IMG/VR virus record: IMGVR_UViG_3300045141_000181 | Coordinates: 1-64,000 of that record | DNA from: a virus | Reading direction: 5' to 3' (one strand) | Length of the DNA stretch: 64,000 nt | Shown here: piece by piece, positions 36,515-46,625 of the stretch | Layout: each line of letters starts with the position of its first letter | Numbering within the stretch: the first letter of the stretch is position 1 | Position numbers and translations under genes: made by a program | Notes under the pieces: model-generated | The model's database searches: none | What the model saw: the letters and a program-made list of their open reading frames with translations, nothing else | What the model was told of the DNA's origin: nothing

Positions 36515-39405
36515 CCGCGAATCTCTTCCTCGGCCAGCGCCTTTGGTTTTAATTGCTGTCTGAGTGCTGGCGAGTTCTCTCCAAGCAACGTCGCCCTATC
36601 GTCGGTGAAAACATGCAATGTCTGCGCCGCCCGCGAACCACCTACATACACAAGCGACTTGTCCATCAGTGAACGTATGCGCGAATCCCCGGTATCAAGA
36701 TGCAACAGAACATTCTCGGCGGTCGCATACTGCAAGCTGTAGCTCGTCATGGCATAGGAGTAGTCGACATGCGGCATGGCGCGCGCATCCCAGCGCACCT
36801 TGCGCCCATCCTCAAACTCCAAGACTCCTCGCCCTTTAGCATCTAGCGCCTTAATTGTGGTCATCGCGCGGTTGGGTATCCGTTCGTTCTTATTGAGTCG
36901 CCACGGTCGCGTAATCTGGACCCGCTCGCCCACTGCTAGTTTGCGGCGCTCCGCATTGTAGATCTCGACGCCATAAGCCAGCCTGGGGTTGTATGTCTTC
37001 TCGACGCCGTAGACGTCGATCGTGACCAGATTCTTTGCCGTATCCGTGCGGACCACGGGCGTATAGTCGCCGCTCTTTACCCCCAGCATGGCCACGCCTT
37101 TCCCCCACCGGATCACGTTACCCGCTTCGTACATCACGGCTAACTTGCGGTCTGCCTCGCGTACATCGCGCGTGCCGACAAGGATTGTGGCCTCGTACCG
37201 ATCCGCTCCCAACTTCTCGACCTTGCGCATCTCAACGCGCGCCGCGGCGTTCAACTCTGCGATCGATCGGTTATCCGGCGCAACCATGAGCGTGTCGTCA
37301 TGGGCCGCATACCACTGCGCCATTGCCTGAAACCGTTTCTTGCGGTCAGGCACTTGCCACACATGGGCCTGCTCATCCAGTTTCTTCAGCCCTTCTGTGA
37401 TTCGGCCTTCCTTCCAGTCGTTCACCACTTCGAGCAAAGCCGGATTATTCCGCTGGCGTACGATCTTTTCCACCTGAAACATGGGCACCCCGGCCATCTT
37501 CATTTCTTCGATGATTCGGCCCGCCTCTACAGATTGGTGTTGTCTCAGGTCGCCCGCCACTACATAGCGATCCTCGGGCCTAATGCTGCGCAGGAAAGTG
37601 TAGAACTGCCGTGTGCCGATCAATGAGCCCTCATCCAGGATGTAGAGGCGCTTATTCTCCGATGGATCAACCGACGCATGATTATGCGCCTGAATTGTCA
37701 TGGGCTCGATTCCCAGTGTGCGCAAGTTCTCTGCTGCCTTGGATGCGCTGGCCATTCCGATGACCGTATAGCCCTGCTCTCTGGCTACCTCCGCAATCGG
37801 CTCCAAGGATGTGGTCTTGCCGGTGCCCGCCGCGCCGAATACCAGCATGCCTTGATGCGGAGAGGTTAAGACATTGAACCCTATGCGCATCTGGCCACCA
37901 TTCGGAATGATGACCTTGTCGCCCTTTTTGCGCTCCTGGTAGCGCTCCCTGAATTCATCGGCGGTCAGATCAGGCGCAATCGGGGTTACAGTTCCCTTTC
38001 CGGCCAGCATTACCTCAATGCTCTGCCGCTCCATCTGCTGCATGGCTTTTGTCGTATAGCGCGCGCCAGGAGCGTTTTCCCGGTAATGCCCTACCCTAAC
38101 GAACTCCTGCCGCCCCGCAAACGCTTCCTCAACGTCCTGGAGTCGCAAATGCCCCAATCCGGCTCTTAGGGCATCGCGCATTAGCTCGTAATGGTCATTT
38201 ACCGCTTGGTGCTCGAAAAGCCGGTCGCGAGCGTGGTCTATCGAACGGTGCGCCCGTTTGCCCAGCTCGGCGGGGGAAAGTATGTGAACCTGACGCGCCT
38301 TCGATTCTGCCACGATGCGCTCCGGATGCTGGCCGAACTCTTCCGCCTGCCGTCGGTGTTCGGCTTTTAACGCCCCCGGATCCCATTCCTGTTTTGGCTG
38401 GCGCAGCGCTTTGTTGATAATCTCGTCGGCGGCGGCACCGGTTACGCCGCGGCGCTCTTTCTCGGCTTCAATCTCATTCGTGCGGGCCGAGATGCTTTCC
38501 AGGTACTCATCCGAATAGCCCTTGATGCGTGTGCTGAAGTTTTTCCCGTGCTCCAGTTCGAATCCGCCCGCCCATGCTTGTCGAGCAAGTGACGCCTCGT
38601 ATACGGCATTCATGTAGCTTTGAATGGCGAAGATTTCCCACGTCAGGAGCGCCCTCACCTTCCCATCCGCGTCCGTCATGTTCATAATCACGCAATGTGT
38701 GTGTAATTGCGGATCCGGCGCACGATTCTCAACGGGGCGAGATGTGTCATGTACGAACCTAGCAACCGCCCAATTGCCGGTAGTGTACGGCAACCGCGCC
38801 TTGCCCATTCGGGTTTGCGCGTAGAGTTCTCCAGCGTCGAGCATTTCCGTCACCGCGCGATTGTGCCAATCCACAATGCGCTTGTCCCCACCGACCAACG
38901 CGGACGCACTGTAGCTTTTGTGGGGCGAAACGACTACATCCCAGGATGCTACATGTAGAGACGGTGCCTTAGCTTCCTTCTCCGGCTTACCAGGCGGCAC
39001 AACACGGAACTCGACGGGGTCCAATTCGAGCGGGTCGACTTCGTCCATGAATTCGCGCACGCCTTCCGGCAACTGCGCACGCTCGCCAAGTGCCCATAGA
39101 TTCCTTACGTGTTCCTCCCACGCTACATGGTCAGTGAGCCATTTCGGTTCCCATAGTTTTGGATCGGGCGCCGGCAATCGGTGCTTGATTAATTGCTCCT
39201 CGGTATGGGGATGTTTCCCGGCAGCCAGCAGATCATAGTGCGCCATGTCGATCGGCCCGACCAGTCCCCACTTTTCCGCAAGTTTGCCGTGCCAAGTTCC
39301 GGGAGCGTGCGCGCCTTCCGTGTAATAGTAGGCGTTCTGTTGTTCGCGCGGATAGTCTTTTGTGTGCGCTTCCCCGAGCGGCTTCGATACCTTGGCTACA
39401 CCCAT
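36490..39405 (-). CDS. trwC: Conjugative relaxase-helicase, MOBF (TrwC/TraI)
   Basis: Y18 and Y26-28, HDTSRP...DPQLHTH HUH triad, Walker A GAAGTGKT, LDEGS, GDLRQHQSV, YAMTSYSLQ; 971 aa. Confidence 0.95.
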   Translation of the reverse strand: MGVAKVSKPLGEAHTKDYPREQQNAYYYTEGAHAPGTWHGKLAEKWGLVGPIDMAHYDLLAAGKHPHTEEQLIKHRLPAPDPKLWEPKWLTDHVAWEEHVRNLWALGERAQLPEGVREFMDEVDPLELDPVEFRVVPPGKPEKEAKAPSLHVASWDVVVSPHKSYSASALVGGDKRIVDWHNRAVTEMLDAGELYAQTRMGKARLPYTTGNWAVARFVHDTSRPVENRAPDPQLHTHCVIMNMTDADGKVRALLTWEIFAIQSYMNAVYEASLARQAWAGGFELEHGKNFSTRIKGYSDEYLESISARTNEIEAEKERRGVTGAAADEIINKALRQPKQEWDPGALKAEHRRQAEEFGQHPERIVAESKARQVHILSPAELGKRAHRSIDHARDRLFEHQAVNDHYELMRDALRAGLGHLRLQDVEEAFAGRQEFVRVGHYRENAPGARYTTKAMQQMERQSIEVMLAGKGTVTPIAPDLTADEFRERYQERKKGDKVIIPNGGQMRIGFNVLTSPHQGMLVFGAAGTGKTTSLEPIAEVAREQGYTVIGMASASKAAENLRTLGIEPMTIQAHNHASVDPSENKRLYILDEGSLIGTRQFYTFLRSIRPEDRYVVAGDLRQHQSVEAGRIIEEMKMAGVPMFQVEKIVRQRNNPALLEVVNDWKEGRITEGLKKLDEQAHVWQVPDRKKRFQAMAQWYAAHDDTLMVAPDNRSIAELNAAARVEMRKVEKLGADRYEATILVGTRDVREADRKLAVMYEAGNVIRWGKGVAMLGVKSGDYTPVVRTDTAKNLVTIDVYGVEKTYNPRLAYGVEIYNAERRKLAVGERVQITRPWRLNKNERIPNRAMTTIKALDAKGRGVLEFEDGRKVRWDARAMPHVDYSYAMTSYSLQYATAENVLLHLDTGDSRIRSLMDKSLVYVGGSRAAQTLHVFTDDRATLLGENSPALRQQLKPKALAEEEIRGYAVGVAS

Positions 39406-39408
39406 CCC

Positions 39409-39795
39409 TTATCCGTTCAGCCAGCGCATGAATTTACTCTTTTTGCTAGGCGCTTGCTTGACGGGTTTTGGCGTTCGTTTTACGGCGCGCTTTTTCCTGC
39501 GAAGTTCTTCGATTTCCGCTAAAGCGCGTTGAAGTTCTCGCGTTTGAGCCATGTGCGCATCGGACAGCCCATCTAGCGACGCGTCTGCCTCTTCCCAGAG
39601 ACATATGGCGCATTTGTCCATTCCATCTACACCAACCCAGCACTGCAACGAATGTCCACATGGTCCGATCGCTTTTGCTTCAGCTAGTTCGCTACGCAGC
39701 AACGCGACCGTCTTATCGTAAAGCTCGATCTGGGCACGCTTTGTGGCAACTTCAAATTCTAATTCCGCGAGGGTTGGTTTCCCTGTATCGCTCAT
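39409..39795 (-). CDS. Phage-like coiled-coil/zinc hypothetical protein inside the tra operon
   Basis: Start MSDTGK, ATGA-coupled to the T4CP gene; CGH...C..C. Confidence 0.45.
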   Translation of the reverse strand: MSDTGKPTLAELEFEVATKRAQIELYDKTVALLRSELAEAKAIGPCGHSLQCWVGVDGMDKCAICLWEEADASLDGLSDAHMAQTRELQRALAEIEELRRKKRAVKRTPKPVKQAPSKKSKFMRWLNG

Positions 39796-41720
39796 ATCCC
39801 CTCCGTAAGCGGATTCGGATTCGGCGCTTGCTTTGCGGTTTTCTTCGGCAACCGCAACGGTTCCGGCTCCTCGTCGCGCGTCGGGATAGTGATAGGCATT
39901 TTGCGCGGGATTGGCGCAGGCGTGACATCCTCCGCAGCGGGAGTTTGTTCCGGTTCCTCCAGACGAGGAATCAATCTTTCCATGCGGCAAGTTCTCGTCT
40001 TGCGCGGTAACGGTTGTATGTTGATCTTCACTGTTTTTCCTTGCTGCTTTAGCCAGCCCTCGAACAGCGGCACGCCTTGCACTTCGGACCCCATGACCGG
40101 GTCAATCGTTGGAGTCTGATTAGACCAAGAACGCGATCGGTTATGTTTCGCCATCATGTGAGCTGGTCGGCTTTCTGTCATGCGCTCGATTTCTTCTTTA
40201 CCAATCAGTCCAGCCATTTCCGCTGCTGCCTTGTCGCTTTCGGTTTGCAGAATGATATTCGTTGCGGCCTGCGATGTGACAGTGACCGCGCCGTTGTCGC
40301 CGTAGCGATCCTTAAGTTGCGCCATGTCGTGAATTCCCAGGATCAGCACGTTACCAGACGCGCGTTGTTTCGTCATGCCGGATTGCAACTGCGGTAGCCG
40401 TTGCATACTGGCTAGTTCGTCCAGAACAAACCACACCTTGGGAAGCTTTACACCGGGAGCGGGCGGCGCTTGTGTACTGAGAATCAGCAGATCGATCACG
40501 GCAGATTGCAAAGGCAATAGCGCCTCTGCGGTGAGTGGATCGCTGGTCATAAAAATCCACCCTGTACGCTTCGCTGCAAATTCCCTGACAGAGAACTGCC
40601 TACGACCTTCCGGAGTTGCTGGCATCATGCGGAGCGCTTTGGATACTTCGCCAAGCGTGGCCCATATTCCGGCTCCCTGTTGCGGCGCTTTCGGATCTGT
40701 CGCAACCGCAAATTCCGTACCCTTTAGCTTTGGTGCCACTTCTTTTTCTGGATGTGCCAGCCAATAACCAAGAGTGGACATCGGAGCGGGATAGCGAGAC
40801 ATCAGAAACGAAAAGATTCCTTTGGCGTAATTCCGAAAGAATGGCTGCGAACGCGGCAGTTCTGGCCAAAAGGCAGAACCCCAAGGCGTGGCCTGCGCTT
40901 CATCTTTTGCCTCTGACTCAAACGCATGATATACGCCTCTGGAATCCGTTGGATCATAGATCGAGTCCCCGCGCGACTCGTCGTAAAACTCATCCCTGAA
41001 TTCGCCCTTTGGATCGTAGATGACCGCCGTCTCGCCTCGGGCCTGCACTTGGTGCAAGATCTCCCTAATGAGCGTAGACTTGCCACGACCCGTCGCGCCG
41101 AATATTCCGAAGTGGTACGCAAGAAACTGCTCAGCGATGTGGATCTTTTGCCACGACCGTTTGCCAACTCGCAGTGTCAACCCGACCGGCTTAGGCGACT
41201 CCGAATTGAACCGGCTCCGGCTCACCATGCGCGTGCCGCGCACATGTACGCCCCACTGTCCCATGCGCTGGCGGCGACGGTCATACTCCACGCCCACCGC
41301 CACGCACAGAACGAACCAACCGCAGAACAACAACCCGAACACTCGGAATGTGCTTAGGATGTCGCCCGCGTACACGTCCTTTTCGAGCCACGTGCGCAAC
41401 TTGGACGGAACGGCTTGCACCATTTGCACGCGCTCCTCTGCAACCGGCTGCGTCACCAGGTGCGGCGCGTTTGCCGGACCCGTAACCACCATCGGGTACC
41501 ACTTCCATCGCTCCGTCTTGTGCAATCCAGACAGCGCACTTTGCGCAACCGTGCGCACGTACGTTGACAAGTAGTATTGCTGCAAGATTGGTCGATAGTG
41601 TACGCCGACTTTCCACCAGACCGGTACCAACACTAGCGCAAGCAGAATGCCGCACAGTTTGCCGATCGGTGCGCGTATCGGGAACGGTCCCCAGCGGCCA
41701 GGCGTTGCGCGCTCAGACAT
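39792..41720 (-). CDS. trwB: Type IV coupling protein (TrwB/TraD-like)
   Basis: Two N-terminal TM segments, Walker A GATGRGKS, IYDPKGEF, Walker B LDELASM, QL..RYG. Confidence 0.92.
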   Translation of the reverse strand: MSERATPGRWGPFPIRAPIGKLCGILLALVLVPVWWKVGVHYRPILQQYYLSTYVRTVAQSALSGLHKTERWKWYPMVVTGPANAPHLVTQPVAEERVQMVQAVPSKLRTWLEKDVYAGDILSTFRVFGLLFCGWFVLCVAVGVEYDRRRQRMGQWGVHVRGTRMVSRSRFNSESPKPVGLTLRVGKRSWQKIHIAEQFLAYHFGIFGATGRGKSTLIREILHQVQARGETAVIYDPKGEFRDEFYDESRGDSIYDPTDSRGVYHAFESEAKDEAQATPWGSAFWPELPRSQPFFRNYAKGIFSFLMSRYPAPMSTLGYWLAHPEKEVAPKLKGTEFAVATDPKAPQQGAGIWATLGEVSKALRMMPATPEGRRQFSVREFAAKRTGWIFMTSDPLTAEALLPLQSAVIDLLILSTQAPPAPGVKLPKVWFVLDELASMQRLPQLQSGMTKQRASGNVLILGIHDMAQLKDRYGDNGAVTVTSQAATNIILQTESDKAAAEMAGLIGKEEIERMTESRPAHMMAKHNRSRSWSNQTPTIDPVMGSEVQGVPLFEGWLKQQGKTVKINIQPLPRKTRTCRMERLIPRLEEPEQTPAAEDVTPAPIPRKMPITIPTRDEEPEPLRLPKKTAKQAPNPNPLTEGI

Positions 41721-42015
41721 GCTTTTCCTTGTGCCACTCTTGTATGGAATCGGCATCGGCCAGTTCCTGCAACAAAGCACTAGCGCGATATCCAGCGGCA
41801 CCAAGTAGCGTTGCTAATTCTTCTACATAGCTGAAGTATGTCTCCAATTCATCTGGATCAAGTGGAGGCTTTCCAGCAATCGCCCTTTGAATTACACTGT
41901 GAGCTTTCGCCAGCGCACAGCACGCCATGATTAACGCAGTGTCTAGCGTCTCCATGTCCAGCGGTTCTTCAGTCACGTTTGCACGCCTCCGTACAGATCT
42001 CCCGGTACTCTTCAT
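41713..42015 (-). CDS. Hypothetical protein
   Basis: Coupled ORF between the RHH and T4CP genes. Confidence 0.4.
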   Translation of the reverse strand: MKSTGRSVRRRANVTEEPLDMETLDTALIMACCALAKAHSVIQRAIAGKPPLDPDELETYFSYVEELATLLGAAGYRASALLQELADADSIQEWHKEKHV

Positions 42016-42292
42016 GCGTCATTGGTACGTGTCCGTTATCAATTTCCCATTCCTTGATGAATCTCGTGACACGCAAAAGATCGCCCAACTTTTTACGGAT
42101 GATGCGAATGCTTTCCGAATCTTCTGCGCTACCACTGCTTGCTTCACCGTTGCCGACAATCTCGCGCAATATCAGATGCCGAATATACGAACTTTCGTCC
42201 ATGCCCCGACCGCTCGCCAAACCACGAAACAAAGCGGCCTGTTCCTCGCTCAGCTTCGTCCCAACCGACACCGTTTTTGATCCGTTTTTCAT
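41969..42292 (-). CDS. Ribbon-helix-helix relaxosome accessory protein (TrwA/MobC-like)
   Basis: SVGTKLSEEQ..F..LA...GMDESSYIRHLI; upstream of T4CP and relaxase as in trwABC. Confidence 0.6.
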   Translation of the reverse strand: MKNGSKTVSVGTKLSEEQAALFRGLASGRGMDESSYIRHLILREIVGNGEASSGSAEDSESIRIIRKKLGDLLRVTRFIKEWEIDNGHVPMTHEEYREICTEACKRD

Positions 42293-42400
42293 GTGTATTC
42301 TACTTAACCCCAGTAACCCCAGTAACCGATCTGAATTCCAGAGACGTCATCTCAGGGGGGAGTAAACCCGTGTCGCCTTTTTGGTTTACCGTTGGCTCTA
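42293..42400. other. Candidate oriT
   Basis: Intergenic, upstream of the trwA-like gene; AACCCCAGT direct repeats, GTAAACC/GGTTTAC inverted repeat. Confidence 0.4.
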
Positions 42401-43131
42401 TCACGTTATGGGTTGCTTGGCTAGTTCTTCTTGGCATTCACACCAATAGGCTGCAAGGCATACCGCCATTTCCACTTCAGACAGAAGTTCGCCACCATCC
42501 CTAGCCATCATCTGCGCAGCCATCCGTCTAGCAACACGCTCTTGCACTGGGTTGGTTAGGCTTAGCTCTCGCAACGCCCTTTCGCACCTAGCCTGTATGT
42601 TTGGGCGCATGGCAAGCCTTATTTTTGCCGCCATGCCAATGACCCACCTCATAGCCGATATCCCTCCGAAACCGCCATAACCTCGCGCCCAACACTCATG
42701 GAACTATCTCTCCGTCTATCCAGTGACCCAGCCATTTGCCTAAGCTACCGTCAGGATTTTGTTCAAAGACAATGGGTGCCGACGGCAGCATTTCCGCCAA
42801 GTCGTACCACGCCAGAAGGCACTCAAGAAGCGATTGCCCGATATAACTTTCAGTATTCGATAACCCACAAACGAAGTACATCCACCGAAAGAGCATCTGG
42901 CGCAGATTCATATCCCATATCCCTCAGAAATCTCCTTCACTTCTCTCTGCGCTGCGACTTCTCTATCGATTGCTGCATTCCTAATCGGAGTAGCGCCAAT
43001 GCGTAATTTATCCAGGAATGATAGGTAATCCTTGCGTCCGTATTCATCACCCATCCACGGCGGGCCGCCGTCATATTTGTCAAGATACGCCCTCCTGACA
43101 ATCCGCACCTCGTCTTCAATCTGATCACTTT

Positions 43132-44124
43132 TCATAGCCGATACCCTTCTGATTGAACAAACTTTTCTTCGTTTTTTATGCCCTCCTTTTTCATATGGGT
43201 AACGTATTTGTCAAGCATTTCTACGGCGGTAATGCCCGGCTGCTCGCGTCCCATTTCGTTCATTCGTCTACTTACCTCTTCCGGCGTATGCCGCTCTCTC
43301 ATTAGCCAGTACAGATTATCTTGTGCTGACTCTTCCAGAATTTGTTTTTCTACTTGCATATAGCCCCCACTTCCAGAAACCGCCATAACCTCGCGCTCTT
43401 GCTGCGCGTACACATGCGCCTGCCCCGTGTTTACCGTGTAGCCCTTTTCGCGCGCTTCGACGATCATTTCGGCGAGCTTTCCGAGCGCTTTGTTGTGCGC
43501 TTCCTGCGCCTTCTCCGGGCTGTCCGTAATGTACGTTTGGCTGAGATCTATGGTCCGATTCCCAACTGACAATTGATTCGAGAAGTCGCGCGCCATGGCC
43601 GATACAGGTAGCTCGATGCGCATGTGCTCAACGTCAACGAGTTGGATCTTTCCGTTGACTTCTTTCTCCATCTTGCCGTCGGCATAATTGAGCAGAATCT
43701 CTGCCATCTTTAGGCGCGATTCATGCTCTGGCACCCAGTTCGAAATGGCTTGCTGCGCACCTTGGTGGTAGCGATATTCGACGAAGTTTATCGCACCCTT
43801 TTCTGTCGTATCGAACTGCAATGCAGCCGCTGTCGCGAATGGCATAATGCGGCGTTGGTGGTCATTCAATAGCTCGTCCAACTGCTGCATATTGCGCGGG
43901 AACGGTTCAGCCTGGAGGCGCTTCATTTCGGCCTCGTAGCCAAGCTTTTCCGGGTCAGCCTTAATCAACTGATGCTCTATTTCCTTGATTCGTCCGTACC
44001 CTTTGTCGAGATTCAGCATGCGCTCGTTGGGTGCCAAATCGTTCACATGGCTGAGCTGATCGATGATTAAGGCCCGCTCAGCGGCGAGCCTTTCGCGAAC
44101 GCTTTCCTGCGCCTGAGCTTCCAT
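43132..44124 (-). CDS. Hypothetical helical protein in the tra region
   Basis: 330 aa, charged; no family recognised. Confidence 0.6.
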   Translation of the reverse strand: MEAQAQESVRERLAAERALIIDQLSHVNDLAPNERMLNLDKGYGRIKEIEHQLIKADPEKLGYEAEMKRLQAEPFPRNMQQLDELLNDHQRRIMPFATAAALQFDTTEKGAINFVEYRYHQGAQQAISNWVPEHESRLKMAEILLNYADGKMEKEVNGKIQLVDVEHMRIELPVSAMARDFSNQLSVGNRTIDLSQTYITDSPEKAQEAHNKALGKLAEMIVEAREKGYTVNTGQAHVYAQQEREVMAVSGSGGYMQVEKQILEESAQDNLYWLMRERHTPEEVSRRMNEMGREQPGITAVEMLDKYVTHMKKEGIKNEEKFVQSEGYRL

Positions 44125-44346
44125 CTACGCCACCTTTCGGATAGCTTCTTTAGCGGCCTTTGTGCGCCGCTGTTTGGCCGGTTTGTCGCTCGGCAGAACC
44201 TGATCAAGGATCTGGCCGACGACGTAGTCCACGCTGCTGTCGAGCGATTCGGCGTACCCGATTAGCCGAGTTATCAACTCCGGATGCACCTTAATCGTGA
44301 GCGCTTCCGGTATTGCTTTGTCTTCTGGTTTAATGTCAATCTTCAT
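44125..44346 (-). CDS. DUF2274-like small protein
   Basis: LTIKVHPELITRLIGYAESL resembles DUF2274 proteins found after trbI; AAGGAGG SD. Confidence 0.45.
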   Translation of the reverse strand: MKIDIKPEDKAIPEALTIKVHPELITRLIGYAESLDSSVDYVVGQILDQVLPSDKPAKQRRTKAAKEAIRKVA

Positions 44347-44793
44347 TACTTTTCTCCTCCTTAAATCGGTCACACTTCCCACATGGGCAGTTGCGGACAT
44401 CATCTCCGTCAATGCCTATGTAATGTCGGTCTCTTATGCACCCACAGGCGGCGCATTTGGTGTTTCTCTTCTCTTCCAGTAGGCGTTCGTATTCGCGATC
44501 GCATTCCCAAAAGCACGTTACCGGGCGCGGACAAGTCTCTCCGGTTTCTGGACAAATCCTCATTCCGCGCATGGTTCCACAATTGACTCTGTTTTGTACT
44601 TCCTCTTCATTGGGCCATCGCAACTATAAGCCCAAAAAACAACGGCAACACGCCAAACGTAATCACCCCGGACAGCAAGCAATAACGGAACTTTGCATGC
44701 CGCCGTAGCCACCGAAATACCGTCACCAGAAACCACACCGTACCGGCAATACAGCACGCCGATTGAGCCACCCAAATCAAAGGCCAAATCATG

Positions 44794-45336
44794 TTATCTC
44801 CAGTTCGCCGTAAATACCGGCTTCGCATAAAACGCAATCTGTTGCGGTGCAACGACTCCAAAATAACGAGAGTCGAAACTGTCAGGACTGAAGTCGCTAA
44901 TGGCCCAATAGCCGTAGTGATATCTTCCAAAGTCGTAGTGTGTGAGGGGCTTTCCGGCCAACGATACTTTCTTGGGTGCGGTGTTCGGCAGCAGCTTTCC
45001 GTCTACATAAAAGCCTTCTGCGGCCAACTTGATCGGATTGTCCATAGTGGCCTCGTATACCGGCTTAAGAATCGGCTGCAGGCCAGTGTTGGGGCACTCC
45101 CCAGGGCGCAGGTCGATGCCAGCTGCAACTGCCGGTGCGAGTTGTTCCATAGACAGGCAGATCGCGGCATATCGCGCTGTGCTGGTGGTCCGGTAATACA
45201 TGCCTACAGGGACAGATTTGGAGAGATTCAGCCGCAGATTTGAAGCGCGCAGGGTGTCGCCAATCACGAAGTATGCCGGGAATCCTACAGCCACAACCAG
45301 AGCGGCAATTGTTACGGTCTTGATGTTAATTTTCAT
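44794..45336 (-). CDS. traF: Conjugal transfer peptidase / pilin cyclase (S26)
   Basis: NLSKSVPVGMY, LKPV, DSFDSRYFG motifs. Confidence 0.88.
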   Translation of the reverse strand: MKINIKTVTIAALVVAVGFPAYFVIGDTLRASNLRLNLSKSVPVGMYYRTTSTARYAAICLSMEQLAPAVAAGIDLRPGECPNTGLQPILKPVYEATMDNPIKLAAEGFYVDGKLLPNTAPKKVSLAGKPLTHYDFGRYHYGYWAISDFSPDSFDSRYFGVVAPQQIAFYAKPVFTANWR

Positions 45337-46625
45337 TTGATCTCCGTAGGCTGATAAGGACCGGGGAATACGATATTTTTCTTAACGAAGATCTCGAAAT
45401 TGTCGCCCGGGCGGATCTTGATAGTTGGCTGAATATTTAGATTCTTGCTTGTGATCTGCTGCCCGACCGTAGCCGCTTGCTGGGCGATTGCGGCACTGGC
45501 TATCTGCGCGTTTGACGGATAGGCCAATACACCGCCAGCGCCGCCGTTTGCATGATTCTGCGAAATCTGGAGACCAGCCGCAAACAAAGAACTGAGAGCC
45601 ACTCCGCCAATTAAACGTTTATAGTGGTTATCCACTTGATCTTTTAACCCGGCTGAACCATCGGCGGAATGGCCCGGAAATCTAGCCAGATCGACATACG
45701 ATCCGTCGGGAAACCGCAGATACGTCCATGCGATCTGAACCCTGTTCTGGCCATACGACACTGACGAATTGTATTCGCCAGCGAGAAGCGATCCTGCGGG
45801 AATCATGACGTACCTGTGTGTCGGCGTATCGTATACGTCGCGCTTCACCATTGCGATAAGATCACCCGGCAAATCAGACACAACCTTGTTGGGCAGACCG
45901 GCCGGAATAACCTCTCCCTTTTCGACAATCCAGCGGCTCAAGGGCGCGATGCGTGTTGTCTTCATGTAGTCGTCGGTGTCGGCAGGTTCAGAGTTAAACT
46001 TGCGCTTTTGCTCCTGTCCATTAGGATCATCTTCCATGGCTTGCTGGTTAGCTTGAGGCGCACCGGAAGGCCCCACCTGACCAGCCAGTGAGCGGATGCG
46101 ATCCACCTCTGCTTGGTAAGGATCTTGCGGCGCCACTTGCGGCTGTGACTGCGCCTTGCTGGTTGCTCCCGTTGGCGCTTCCAGTGCTGCTTGATGGCGC
46201 TCGTATTGATGCGCTAATTCCTGCGCCTTTATGGTTTCCGCTGGGCTTTGCCTTCCGGCTTCCGCATCATACGGTGGCACATACGAAGGCGCATAATACG
46301 GAGTCGGTGCTGGCTGATTGGCTGGTATATGCGCGACGACGGGCGTGACTGTTGGACTGGGCTCAGCGAGCGTACTGGCCGGTTGACTGTTTGGCCCGTC
46401 CGTCTGTCCACCCCGGACTTGGGGGCGGTTACTCACTGCCGCATCTCCAGCCGCAACATGCTCTTGTGCGGCGTGCTTTCGCTCCTCTTTCTGTTTGATG
46501 CGTACGTGAAAGCCCCAGATCACCACCACAACCAAGAGGATTATCAGGGCTACGCCAGTAGCCAGTAACCGGCCCGATACCGTGCGCTGGATCATCGGAA
46601 TGCGCCCCCGAAGATTGATCGCCAT
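45333..46625 (-). CDS. trbI: T4SS core protein TrbI/VirB10
   Basis: TM, Pro-rich linker, G.VIPA....SDLPG...GL.DQVDNH...NIQPTIKIRPG. Confidence 0.93.
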   Translation of the reverse strand: MAINLRGRIPMIQRTVSGRLLATGVALIILLVVVVIWGFHVRIKQKEERKHAAQEHVAAGDAAVSNRPQVRGGQTDGPNSQPASTLAEPSPTVTPVVAHIPANQPAPTPYYAPSYVPPYDAEAGRQSPAETIKAQELAHQYERHQAALEAPTGATSKAQSQPQVAPQDPYQAEVDRIRSLAGQVGPSGAPQANQQAMEDDPNGQEQKRKFNSEPADTDDYMKTTRIAPLSRWIVEKGEVIPAGLPNKVVSDLPGDLIAMVKRDVYDTPTHRYVMIPAGSLLAGEYNSSVSYGQNRVQIAWTYLRFPDGSYVDLARFPGHSADGSAGLKDQVDNHYKRLIGGVALSSLFAAGLQISQNHANGGAGGVLAYPSNAQIASAAIAQQAATVGQQITSKNLNIQPTIKIRPGDNFEIFVKKNIVFPGPYQPTEIK

